From Patescibacteria group bacterium (GTDB lineage: Bacteria; Patescibacteriota; JABMPQ01): a stretch of 58,767 nt of DNA. Positions within the stretch are counted from its first letter, which is position 1. Every line of letters starts with the position of its first letter. Shown one piece after another: positions 30,606 through 40,700 of this stretch. The stretch is from the NCBI GenBank assembly GCA_041749335.1, contig JBGTBM010000003.1:1-58767 (forward strand), in the 5' to 3' direction. The translations under genes were made by a program, and so were the position numbers. Under the pieces are notes generated by a model, which saw nothing but the letters and a program-made list of their open reading frames with translations, did no database searches and was not told the DNA's origin.

Positions 30606-30866
30606 CTAGGCGGCGGCGAGGAACTCTTCGAGCTCCTGCAAGGCGACCGAGGTGTCGAAGCCGAGGCTGGTATCCGGGGGAAGATCGAAGATCAGATCCA
30701 GGCGCCCGGTGTCATCGAGGTCGTGGTACAGTCCGGTCTCTTCCATGAAGAGATCGGCAACCCGCAGCAGGCGATCCGAGGCCTCTTCGACGAGTTCGGG
30801 CCGTTCGCTTCCGGCGATGAACCGCGATCCGCGCTTGAAAACAGTCCGAAAATTCTCCACTGTCAT
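30606..30866 (-). CDS. hypothetical acidic 86-aa protein
   Basis: MTVENFRTVFKRG... preceded by AAGGAG. G+C-rich codon usage. The overlapping plus-strand ORFs lack RBSs. Confidence 0.6.
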   Translation of the reverse strand: MTVENFRTVFKRGSRFIAGSERPELVEEASDRLLRVADLFMEETGLYHDLDDTGRLDLIFDLPPDTSLGFDTSVALQELEEFLAAA

Positions 30867-30987
30867 GTCGCTTTCTCCTTTCTTCTGTTTGAGTAAAAGA
30901 TCTCTACAAAAACTACAATTAAAATAATTACAATCTTTGGTGGGAGCACGTTGTAGAAAACGTGCTGGTGAAAAGTTCAAAGAAGGG

Positions 30988-31209
30988 CTAGGCCAGGATG
31001 TCGGTGTTTTGCATCTGGAACATGATGTACAGATCGGGTCGACGGAAGGTGGCTCGGTACGGAATGCCAAGGCTCTGCATCTGCTCGTCGTGCAGGGCGA
31101 ACATCAGCTCCGCCGCCGTCTGCAGATTCATGATGAAATTTTGCAGCTGGATCTCGCCGGCGAACGGGCAGGAATTGAACAGCCTTTCCATCTCTTTTTC
31201 CCTGCTCAT
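30988..31209 (-). CDS. hypothetical 73-aa protein
   Basis: MSREKEMERLFNS... preceded by AGGAGG at good spacing. Confidence 0.6.
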   Translation of the reverse strand: MSREKEMERLFNSCPFAGEIQLQNFIMNLQTAAELMFALHDEQMQSLGIPYRATFRRPDLYIMFQMQNTDILA

Positions 31210-31360
31210 CTTTTTCTCCTCCTGGTTTAGATCTGTGATTGCGATTGAAAGAACTTTGTCTCTAACCAAGCAAACAATTTTTTACTTGCTTGGTTTGGGA
31301 CAAGGTTTTTAAGTCTACCTTGTCTTTTTGTATCTCCTTTTTTAAAAGAACGTTGAATGA

Positions 31361-31450
31361 TTACATCCGCCGCAGAATAGCGCGAGCGATCAGGTTGGCG
31401 GTGAACATGACAGAAATCGTTGCGATCGCGGGCAGCATGGCGCTCATCAT
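31361..31450 (-). CDS. 29-aa hydrophobic peptide (MMSAMLPAIATISVMFTANLIARAILRRM)
   Basis: Not in the ORF track because it is too short. AGGAGG lies 4-5 nt upstream of the ATGATG. One predicted TM helix with a basic C-terminus. Confidence 0.5.
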   Translation of the reverse strand: MMSAMLPAIATISVMFTANLIARAILRRM

Positions 31451-32880
31451 ACTTCCTCCTAAAAAAGATGCTCTGAAAAAAACTCTCCTAAACAAACGAT
31501 TTTAACGATCACTTGCTTGGGAAAGTGGACGCGGTGTGCAAACTCGAGATGAGCTTGCATGGATTGCACTGTGCGTGCAATGCGTCCAAGAATGCAAAGA
31601 GCAGCTGTAGAGAAAGGAACTCTGGCAAGAGTAGCGTAGAGTGATTGGGCACTGGCTCTTATAGAGACGATGCTTGGTCTAGTATGGCGTCGGTTGACGT
31701 CAGAGACCAACGCCGGCTGCCAAGCTACCGCGAGAGCTAGCTTATGCCTGCTCCCCTAAAGCATCTCACTCTAGGGGGCGATGGTCATGGGCCAGTCCAT
31801 CCCTTCCTCCTTTTGTTGTGTGCTGCGTCGTTGCGGTAACCACGTCGTTTGGCTCCGGCAATGATGGCAGCGGATGATCTGCTTGAAGCGATGGCGTCGT
31901 TCTCCGGTGAGTGGTGCAGCTTGCTTTACCTACGCACCAGCGCCATGCGATGCCGCATGTTGCGCTCCTCCTTTCTCCCAAGTGATTCATATCAGTGGGA
32001 TTAAATTCGGTTGGCTGCAGGTCTTAAGCTTGATCGCCTCGCTGACAGCGTGCTTGGGTGACGGAAGACAAGCAGATCTACGTCCAGGTCATTTTCCTCT
32101 TCCTTTCTTTTGGGTTGCTTGAGAGAGATAAAGATGGAGGCAAGGTATAGGTTTAACAAGGCGATATAATATATGTCCCTTGGGTCCCTATATTTGCCCA
32201 GCATCTACATCTCCCCCAAACTTTGTAATGTGCATTTTCTAAATCCATTTAAACTAAATGGATTTAGAAAAAGCAGGGAAGCAAAGATTTTGATCTCGCT
32301 TCCCCGATAAAACTTATGTAATGTACAAAGGGTTCTGCTTCCCCATGGCTCACCACGGATTAAGGTCTTCCATTAATGGGCAGGTGACTCCCGGCTTACA
32401 ATTGCTTGCGAGGCTGCGAGGTTGTAAGCACCCCCGGATAGCTTATGTATCCACGCCAGAACGCTATCTTAATCTCTGACGCTTCCTGGTCAACACTCGA
32501 ATCACCCAGCTCTTTCTTTTCCTTTGTGGAGTAGGGCGCTAGACTTTCCAGCGCTCGTTGAAAGTTCTGCCGACTACGAGATCAGGGCCAGGTCATATTG
32601 CTGTTTTTCCCTTTGTTCGATCAGCTTATGTTGTCAAAAGCTCAAAGATGAGTACAAAATCTACCGGCTTATCAGGATAACTATCAATGTTACTTCAACC
32701 CGAGTTTCAAGTATTTCTGTACGCATCTTTGATTCTTTGACTTGTGAAAGAAAGTGATAAGAGCGGGCATGAGTTTAACAGGGCTTAATATTTTTTGATC
32801 CCTGGATCCTCATTAGGCTCCTCTCACATCACACTCTTCCCCAAATTTATTTTTAATGTTCTTCGCTCTTTTTTGATTAT
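31451..32880 (-). other. ORF-poor G+C-rich transcribed region (large ncRNA, long leader, or decayed foreign DNA)
   Basis: It lies downstream of a consensus promoter. No ORF longer than 83 aa occurs in any frame despite high G+C. It carries many local helices, an internal terminator-like hairpin (32276-32304 plus U-run), and a perfect 14-bp hairpin at 32237-32269. Confidence 0.4.
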
Positions 32881-32886
32881 CAAAGT

Positions 32887-32915
32887 ATATTAGCATATTA
32901 TATAATTATTGTCAA
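32887..32915 (-). promoter_or_regulatory. sigma-70-type promoter reading into the G+C-rich island
   Basis: Minus strand reads TTGACA - 17 nt - TAATAT. Confidence 0.6.
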
Positions 32916-33171
32916 TACCTTTTGTCATATATTTTATTTACTAATGCTATATTGGCTTAATTATAAGGTTTTCTAGCTTATTATTTTTGTTATTTTTTTA
33001 TTACACTTATATAATTTTTGTTGCAAATTATTTAAAATAAAACTTTTTTGGGACGGAACTTTATAAAAAATATCAGTCAAATTTTTTTTAAAATAATTTT
33101 CCTTATTGACAAAAAACTTCACTCTTTTAAAATGACATATTAAGTACAGTATTTTTCAAATAAAAATTTTT

Positions 33172-33221
33172 TTATCCGCACTTCCGAAAAGTTGTCCCTA
33201 GCTGTCCCCAGATTTTGCACA
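33172..33221. promoter_or_regulatory. DnaA-box-like sites upstream of dnaA
   Basis: TTATCCGCA (one mismatch to TTATCCACA) and TTTTGCACA in an A+T-rich spacer. Confidence 0.5.
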
Positions 33222-33310
33222 CCTTATAAACATATATTTTATACTTTCAATAATTTATTTGAGGTACAATGGGGTCAATCTTGCTTTTACTAATTTAGGT
33301 AAAATAAAAA

Positions 33311-34723
33311 ATGACAAACGATCAAATCTGGCAGGCTGTCTTGGGCGAATTAGAGCTCACTCTCAGCAAAGCCAATTTTATTACCTGGTTTAAAAACACC
33401 TTTATCGCAGCTAAAAATGAAGGTGAATATGTTATCGGGGTACCCAATGCATTTACCCGAGAGTGGCTGCAAAATAAATATCACAAAAATATATCGCGCG
33501 CCCTACTAAGTGTAACCTCTGAACGCATTACCAAGATTGGCTATGAAATTCATAACCATCGACCCATCGGCCCCCAGAATTTGATTCAAGATATCGGCAG
33601 AAAACCAAACGGACAGCCGGTTCAGCCGGTGGTTGAATTAAAAGAACAGCGACCCGCCGCTCCTTCCGCCACCTTTGCAGTATCAACGGAAAATAAAAAA
33701 TTAAATCCCCGCTATTTATTTGATAATTTTGTTGTCGGCGCCAATAACGAACTGGCTCACGCAGCCGCCAAGGCAGTAGCCAAAAGCCCCGGCACCGCTT
33801 ACAACCCGCTATTTATTTACGGCGGAGTGGGTTTGGGAAAAACTCATTTAATCCAGGCGATCGGCAATACCCTTTGCGTTGAACAAGACAAAAAGATTGT
33901 CTATGTCACTTGCGAAGAATTCACCGAAGATTTCATTAATTACATTCAAAAAGGCAAAGACGGTGAATCGGCCTTTAAAAACAGGTATCGCCAATGCGAC
34001 GTGCTTTTAATTGATGACATTCAATTTTTATCCGGCAAAGAAAGAACTCAAGAAGAATTTTTTCATACTTTTAATTCACTTTACCAATCAAATAAACAAA
34101 TTGTGCTAACTTCCGACCGGCCTCCCAAAGCGATTGCCGCTTTGGAGGACAGGCTGGTATCGCGTTTTGAAGGCGGCATGATCGCAGACATCGGCCTTCC
34201 CGACCTGGAAACCCGAAAGGTGATTTTAGGACGTAAATGCAATGAAAAAGGCATCAATATGCCCGACGAAGTGCTAAATTTTATTGCTAGCAACATCCAA
34301 CACAACATTCGCGAACTGGAAGGAGCACTAAGCACGGTAATTGCCCATTGCCAGTTACACAATATTAATCCGACCGAAGAAACAGCCAAATCGGTATTAT
34401 CTAATATTTTAACCAATCCTAACAAGAAGGCGCTTACTCCCAAACATATCATTAATATCGTTTCAGATTTTTATGATATCCAGTCCCACGATATGCTGGC
34501 CAAAAATCGCAAGAAAGAAGTAGCCTGGCCCAGACAAATCGCCATGTTTTTAATGAGGCGGGAAGGCAAATCCAGCTATCCTTCTATCGGTAGAGAATTG
34601 GGAGGCAGAGATCACACCACCGCCATTCACGCTTATGAAAAAGTCAACAAAGAAGTAGCTAAAAATGACGATCTGCGGCAAGAGATTGAAATTATTAGGC
34701 AGAAGTTATATATGCCGCAGTAA
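33311..34723 (+). CDS. dnaA: chromosomal replication initiator DnaA
   Basis: N-terminus WQAVLGELE, AAA+ Walker A GGVGLGKTHL, C-terminal DNA-binding domain RDHTTAIHAYEKV. Confidence 0.95.
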   Translation: MTNDQIWQAVLGELELTLSKANFITWFKNTFIAAKNEGEYVIGVPNAFTREWLQNKYHKNISRALLSVTSERITKIGYEIHNHRPIGPQNLIQDIGRKPNGQPVQPVVELKEQRPAAPSATFAVSTENKKLNPRYLFDNFVVGANNELAHAAAKAVAKSPGTAYNPLFIYGGVGLGKTHLIQAIGNTLCVEQDKKIVYVTCEEFTEDFINYIQKGKDGESAFKNRYRQCDVLLIDDIQFLSGKERTQEEFFHTFNSLYQSNKQIVLTSDRPPKAIAALEDRLVSRFEGGMIADIGLPDLETRKVILGRKCNEKGINMPDEVLNFIASNIQHNIRELEGALSTVIAHCQLHNINPTEETAKSVLSNILTNPNKKALTPKHIINIVSDFYDIQSHDMLAKNRKKEVAWPRQIAMFLMRREGKSSYPSIGRELGGRDHTTAIHAYEKVNKEVAKNDDLRQEIEIIRQKLYMPQ

Positions 34724-34900
34724 TATTTTGCCCCTTGTTTTGTTGTCTTATTATTTTTTTAAAATAGTCCGGCACTTTCCAAACATAAAGAAGAAATAAA
34801 TCGCATCATCAATATTGTTGAGAGCAAAAATATCGCCAATTAAGATATTTTATGTAAACAAAGGCTGTGAATTAATTGTCGATAAAGGCCAGAATATCTA

Positions 34901-35076
34901 TGTGCACAAAAAGAAATGCAAACTGAACAAAAACTGGATAACTGCGACCTGCCATTAATTGTGCACATTTTATTAAAAACAATTAACAGCAATAATATTG
35001 GTTCGTCCACAGGATATCAGAACAATTTATTGCCTATCCTTGCCTTATATAAAACCAATTGGCATTTTATCAACAG
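34901..35076. promoter_or_regulatory. candidate oriC: DnaA-box cluster in the dnaA-dnaN spacer
   Basis: TGTGCACAA, CTGGATAAC, TGTGCACAT, TCGTCCACA and TTATCAACA lie within about 180 bp, next to A+T-rich DNA. Confidence 0.6.
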
Positions 35077-35155
35077 ATTTAAGGCTCTCTAATACTACTA
35101 CTTCTAATTTTAATAAATATATAATAATAACAATTAATAATAGGTATATAAAAAA

Positions 35156-36271
35156 ATGAAATTAACCTGCACTCAAGAAAATTTATCTAATGGATTATCA
35201 ATCGTGGGAAAAAGTATTGGTAAAGATTCAGCCTTACCAATATTAGCCAATGTACTTTTAACCACGGATAATAAAAGGCTAAAATTAACCACTACTAATT
35301 TAGAGATTGGCACTAGTTGTTTGATCGGCGCAAAAATTGAAGAGGAAGGAAAAATTACCGTACCGGCGCAGCTGCTGACAAATTATATAAACAACTTACC
35401 GGCCGATAAAATTGAAATTGAAGTGAAGGGTACGGATATGAAAGTTTCCGCCGGATCATATAAAGCAAACATTAAAGGAATTGATCACCAAGAATTTCCC
35501 TTGATACCAAAGATAGATAGCAAACCTTTTGCTAAGGTGTCGGGGCGAGAATTAAAAACGGCCTTGACGCAAATTATTTATGCGGCTGCGCATGATGAAT
35601 CTCGGCCGGAAATTGCCGGAGTATATTTAAGATCACAGAAAGAAAAAATGAAATTGGCCGCGACCGACAGTTATCGTTTAGCGGAAAAAGAGCTGGGGCT
35701 TTTGGAAGGCACTGGCGGAGATGAAGAAATGATTGTACCGATATCTGCCATGTTGGAATTAAACCGCATTCTTTCCGAACAAACTGAAATTGTTGAAATT
35801 TCCACTTCCGACAACCAGGTTAGATTTGCGTTTGGCGATATTGAATTGGTATCGCGCTTGGTTGAAGGCCAATATCCGGAATATCAAAGAATTATTCCAA
35901 AAGAATTTGAAACCAAGGCCCAATTGTCCAACAAAGAGCTGACCACTGCACTGCGCACTTCAAGCTTCTTTTCCAAAAAAGACATTGCCGAAGTTTTAGT
36001 TAAAACAGATTTAAAAAAAGGCGCGCTGGAAATAATTGCCGAATCGGGAGAAGTGGGAAAAAATGTTACTTTGGTCAAGGCGGAACATTTAGAGGGTAGC
36101 AATAAAGAAATATCTTTTAACCCGCAATATTTATTGGATTGTTTGCTAAACATTGGCACCAATTCCGTTAATCTAATGATCACCGCTGATGAAAAAGTGG
36201 GAGCATTGCAGCCGGTGGGAGAAGTGGAAAAAGACTATATTTATATTGTCATGCCGATCGTAAAAAAATAA
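35156..36271 (+). CDS. dnaN: DNA polymerase III beta sliding clamp
   Basis: 371 aa. MKLTCTQENL...LPILANVLL...ATDSYRLA pattern. Confidence 0.95.
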   Translation: MKLTCTQENLSNGLSIVGKSIGKDSALPILANVLLTTDNKRLKLTTTNLEIGTSCLIGAKIEEEGKITVPAQLLTNYINNLPADKIEIEVKGTDMKVSAGSYKANIKGIDHQEFPLIPKIDSKPFAKVSGRELKTALTQIIYAAAHDESRPEIAGVYLRSQKEKMKLAATDSYRLAEKELGLLEGTGGDEEMIVPISAMLELNRILSEQTEIVEISTSDNQVRFAFGDIELVSRLVEGQYPEYQRIIPKEFETKAQLSNKELTTALRTSSFFSKKDIAEVLVKTDLKKGALEIIAESGEVGKNVTLVKAEHLEGSNKEISFNPQYLLDCLLNIGTNSVNLMITADEKVGALQPVGEVEKDYIYIVMPIVKK

Positions 36272-36290
36272 TTCAATATTAAAATAAAAA

Positions 36291-36311
36291 AACCCTGTCA
36301 GGAGCGGGGTT
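36291..36311 (+). terminator. terminator after dnaN
   Basis: AACCC...GGGTT stem followed by TTTTT. Confidence 0.65.
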
Positions 36312-36347
36312 TTTTGATAAAAGAGCTCGGGTTATTTGGTAAATATT

Positions 36348-36875
36348 TCAATCAGGAAGGTGTCTGCTAAATGCAGTCTTAACCTCCAAAAATAAAGCGG
36401 TCCTTTGTATGCCAAATGTTAATGTGATGTGCTGAATCAGAGAAATTTCATCCCAATAGCCGGAAGTGATGATAATGCAGCCGGTGGGCTCAAAAGAAAA
36501 AAGCTTGGTGTCTTCCAACAAGTTGCACGGAGCGGTGCCTTCCCTTTTTATCATTTCTTCTAAGCCTAGACTAAGCGGACAGATGGAACAGAGTATGCGT
36601 CCGTAATTAATGCAGCAAAAGACCGCCAACATCTCTCGGTGCCAATCCTCGTAAGTTTTTTCTTCAGCCTCGAGCTTTTCTCCGGGCTGTAATAACTTAA
36701 ATCTCTTGCAGGTTTTGCAAATCAGCAGATCCAGATCTTTTCTGGCCTTTTCCGGACTAATCCGATAATTGTCTTTTCCACCTAAAGGAAAACGCAATTC
36801 GTCGGCATTCAAATATTTTTGCAGGATTGCAATTTGCAGCCACCGATCCAATTGGTCGTATAATATTGACTGCAT
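36348..36875 (-). CDS. hypothetical Cys-rich protein
   Basis: Start set at MQSILYD (GGAGGA upstream). Contains CKTCKRF and CSICP motifs. No family recognised. Confidence 0.5.
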   Translation of the reverse strand: MQSILYDQLDRWLQIAILQKYLNADELRFPLGGKDNYRISPEKARKDLDLLICKTCKRFKLLQPGEKLEAEEKTYEDWHREMLAVFCCINYGRILCSICPLSLGLEEMIKREGTAPCNLLEDTKLFSFEPTGCIIITSGYWDEISLIQHITLTFGIQRTALFLEVKTAFSRHLPD

Positions 36876-37177
36876 GACATCCTCCATTTGGAAAGAGCAA
36901 AAGATTTACTTGTGAATATAGCAAGAAAAAATAATTTGTCAAATGGCGGACAAGAATTTTATTCAATGAAGTTATCCAGATTGACCCCAAAATTTTTGCG
37001 AGTTATAATTCAAATATGAAAAGGGGGAAACAATTTATTATATTTTAAAGTCCATAAGTTCGGGCTTTTTATTTTGGAAAAATTTTATCCCGGAGCGAAA
37101 AATTAGTTGTAAATATAATTTAATCAACAAAAAACCAAGCAGCAATAAAGCAAACAAGATAATTAACTATAAAATCT

Positions 37178-37711
37178 ATGGCAAAAGAAAATAAAAAGAA
37201 AACAATCATGTGGCTTGCGATAATGGCCTTGCTGGCGGCGGCGATAATTATTGTTTGGGCCATTGCAACTCGGGAGACGGCTCAAGCGCCGGAAGCGCCG
37301 GAGGAGAATGAAGAAGTGAATATTGAAAAAGATGAAGATGATATGTCAGGATGGAAAACTTACGAGAATAAGGAATACGGTTTTAGTTTTAAATATCCGG
37401 GGGAGTGGGAAAAAATTGTAGAAAAAAATATTGATAAACCCGAAGGGTCAAAAATATATAAATCGATTCGCTTATTATCAAAAGCAGACAGTGATTATTA
37501 TATTCAATTTCAAATTGTAAAAATCGAAGATAAAAATAATGATTCGGTAATAGATTATCCCCATACTTTTATTGCCGAAGATACAAAATATGCTTTTTAT
37601 TATACCAGCAGCGGAGATTGTTTGGGGATGCCGGGGTGTGAAGATAAAAAATTTATAAAAATTCAAGAAGAAATTGAAAAAATTATCAGTACCTTCTCAA
37701 AAGAAATATAA
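37178..37711 (+). CDS. hypothetical membrane-anchored protein
   Basis: 177 aa. N-terminal TM, acidic linker, small globular domain. Confidence 0.55.
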   Translation: MAKENKKKTIMWLAIMALLAAAIIIVWAIATRETAQAPEAPEENEEVNIEKDEDDMSGWKTYENKEYGFSFKYPGEWEKIVEKNIDKPEGSKIYKSIRLLSKADSDYYIQFQIVKIEDKNNDSVIDYPHTFIAEDTKYAFYYTSSGDCLGMPGCEDKKFIKIQEEIEKIISTFSKEI

Positions 37712-37739
37712 GTCTCATAATTAATTAAAAGGAGGTTTT

Positions 37740-40700
37740 ATGAGAAAACATTTATGGTTTTTTTTGGTTCTTTTTTTGCTATCAATCAAAGTGGTAGAAG
37801 CGGCTAATTTTGGAGTTTCGATTGGCGAATATAAAGGTGTAACGGCTTTCTCGAATGGAGTAAGCCATGGCGTAAATGGCGATTATGAAGAATATGGTTA
37901 TCAATATCAATGTGTAGAGTATGTAAATCGCTTCTATGCTCAAGCCCTGAATTGGAAAAATATGAGGGGGTCTGGAAATGGAAAAGATTATTTTAATAAG
38001 GCAGATAAAAACGGCTTGCTTGCTTTTAAAAATGGAGGCACGGAAAAACCGCAACCTGATGACTTACTTACATTTGGAGGAGAACCCTATGGTCACGTTG
38101 CAATTATCTCCGAGGTCGGACATGATTATATAAAAATTATTGAACAAAATTGGAGTAGCGATAATTGTTGCAGAAAATTGAAAATGAAAGTGAATAAAAA
38201 TGAATATTATTTAGACTCTGGGGTAAATGAGCATTATATTCAGGGCTGGTTAAGGATTCCAGGCCATACAAACACAACCACAAATACAAAAACAATATCT
38301 TCTAATAATTATATATCAAATCCCATCACCTACTCTCTCGACCATTTGGGTTGGTTGGATGTTTTTAAGGATGGCGATCCTGCGACGAACAAGATAGCCG
38401 CCGGGAGTTTTGACGGCGGGAAAAGAAGCGGCCTGCATACTACTGCTGATACCAATGACGGCCATGTTTATTATCATGAAGTTTGGTGGGATAATAATGA
38501 GCGGGGAAACGGCGATATTTTAGATCGGCTTTATAAGCTTGATCCTCTGGGAAGCAGAGATAAAAAGATTTTAACGATGACAACCGGCAAATTTGGCGGA
38601 GAGGAAAATGATATTTTAGCTTTAACTTTCAAGGGAGATGATAAAGTCTATTTTTATCACAACAATCGGAACAGTAATCAGGAGTTGGGATTTTTGGATC
38701 CGCATCCCGACTCTCAAGAAATAAATACACTCGCAACCGGCGATATTGATAAAGACGGCCGGGATGAATTAATTCTTTCCGTCCCCTCCGACGATCACGT
38801 TTATATTTTTGATAATTGGAACGGTAAAACTTTTACCAATAAACTCGGATTTTTAAACGCGCATGATAACAATCCTGCGATTTCGGCGTTGGCGGCGATG
38901 GATATTGATGGTAACGGAAATGATGAGCTATTGGTAACAACAACGGCGGACGACCATATCTATGTTTATTATTTTGATAAATCCAAACTTAATAAATGGT
39001 GGCAGCCTTGGGATAAAAGCTTGGCGCAACCTTTTGTTAAGCAGGGATATATGGACGCGCACAGCGACGGAAATCCCGGCATTACCCATATTGCCGTGGG
39101 AAAATTTCAAGGAAGTACCGATCATTTGGCGGTAACCACCTCTTCCGACGATTATATCTATTTTTATTGGGGACGCAATTTAAATAATGCCTGGGGCGGA
39201 ATTTTTTCCGAAAAGCAAAGCAAAAATGCTTTTAGTTGGACGGAAAAATCGATCATTTCTGATTTGGCGGCGGGTGATTTTGATGATTCCGGCGATGACG
39301 AATTGGCGGTTGCGACTTACGGCGATGATCACATTAATTTTTTTGGACATGGCGATGGCAAAGGCTACGTCGGATATGGCGGAGGCAGCAGCTATTATCA
39401 GGCGCAATATTTAAGCCAGTCTTTCTCATCAATTGCTTTGCGGCCGGGGGAAGAAAAAGAAGTGTGGGTGGAATATCAAAACATCGGAGCCGCCGCTTGG
39501 TTTGCCAAATGCAAAAATAAAATTTCCCTTAGGTTGGATCCGCAAAACAGAAACTCAATTTTTTACACGTCAAGCTGGCAGCAAGAAAATATTCCGGCGG
39601 TATTAGAAAAAACCGAAGTGCTTACGGGTGATAAAATAAAATTTAAATTTAAAATCAGGGCGCCAAAATATTCCGGAAAATACACGGAAACTTTTGTCTT
39701 GTATTTAAATAATGATAAATTAAAATCCACTAATTTTATTCTTAATATTGTGGTGGACGGCGAAAAACCCGGCAAAATCAGCAATTTACGGGCTGATCTA
39801 AAAGAATCCAACTGGCAGGGAGTCTATACCAATGATGCTACCCCAGCGTTTTTATGGGATCCGGCTACAGATCGGTTGTCCGGCATTGCCGGGTACTATA
39901 TTGCGATTGATGACTACACGCCGGATGGAGGGTGGGGAAACGACTGGTGGATCGGCAATAGTATTTCCTGGACCGCGCCGGAAAAAATAAAAGACGGCTG
40001 GCATACCGTAGCGGTAACCGCCAAGGACCAATTGGGCAATTTGAATCCGAATAATTCCAATAAAGTCGGTGACGCGCCCTACTTGAAATTCATGGTAGAC
40101 ACAAAACTCCCAACCACTCCTGCTGATATCGGACCGAGCTTAAAATCCGCTTGGGATGAAAACATCAGCTTGGCGCGGCGCCCTTATTTTACCTGGGAGA
40201 ATTCCAAGGATCAGGGTTCGGGAGTTTTAAAATATTTAATTTCGGTGCAAAATTTATCCGGCACCGAAGTTAGCCAATTTGAAATTAGCGCAAGCAATTT
40301 TACGAAAGCCAAAAATATCTGGCAAGTTCCGGTGGACTTAACCGACGGCAATTATCAGCTAATAGTTCAAGCGCAAGATAAAGTTGGCAATTTATCATCG
40401 GCGGCAAAATATGCCTTTGCGGTAGATAGCGATCGGTCAGTCGCGCAGCTGATGAGCTTGGAGATAGATAAAAACTTATTGCTGGCGAATGGATTGGAGC
40501 AAGCGATTATGACGGCGACACTTTATAATCCCGATGGCTTGACCGGCGCGGAGCTTTCCGGAAAAGAAATAAAATTTACGATTAGCGATGACAACGGAAT
40601 CGCAACGGATACCGGATCAATTGGTATGGTAATGGATAATCATGACGGCACCTATTCCGTAATTTATACGGCAGCGACCAAGGTGGGCGATGGCCAAATA

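Noticed and set aside
30588-31312. Plus-strand ORFs (102, 91, 97 and 104 aa) and the long minus-strand starts (154 and 93 aa) in the G+C-rich island
   Set aside because: They overlap each other and the RBS-led minus-strand genes. None has a Shine-Dalgarno. The shorter minus-strand starts at 30866 and 31209 do.
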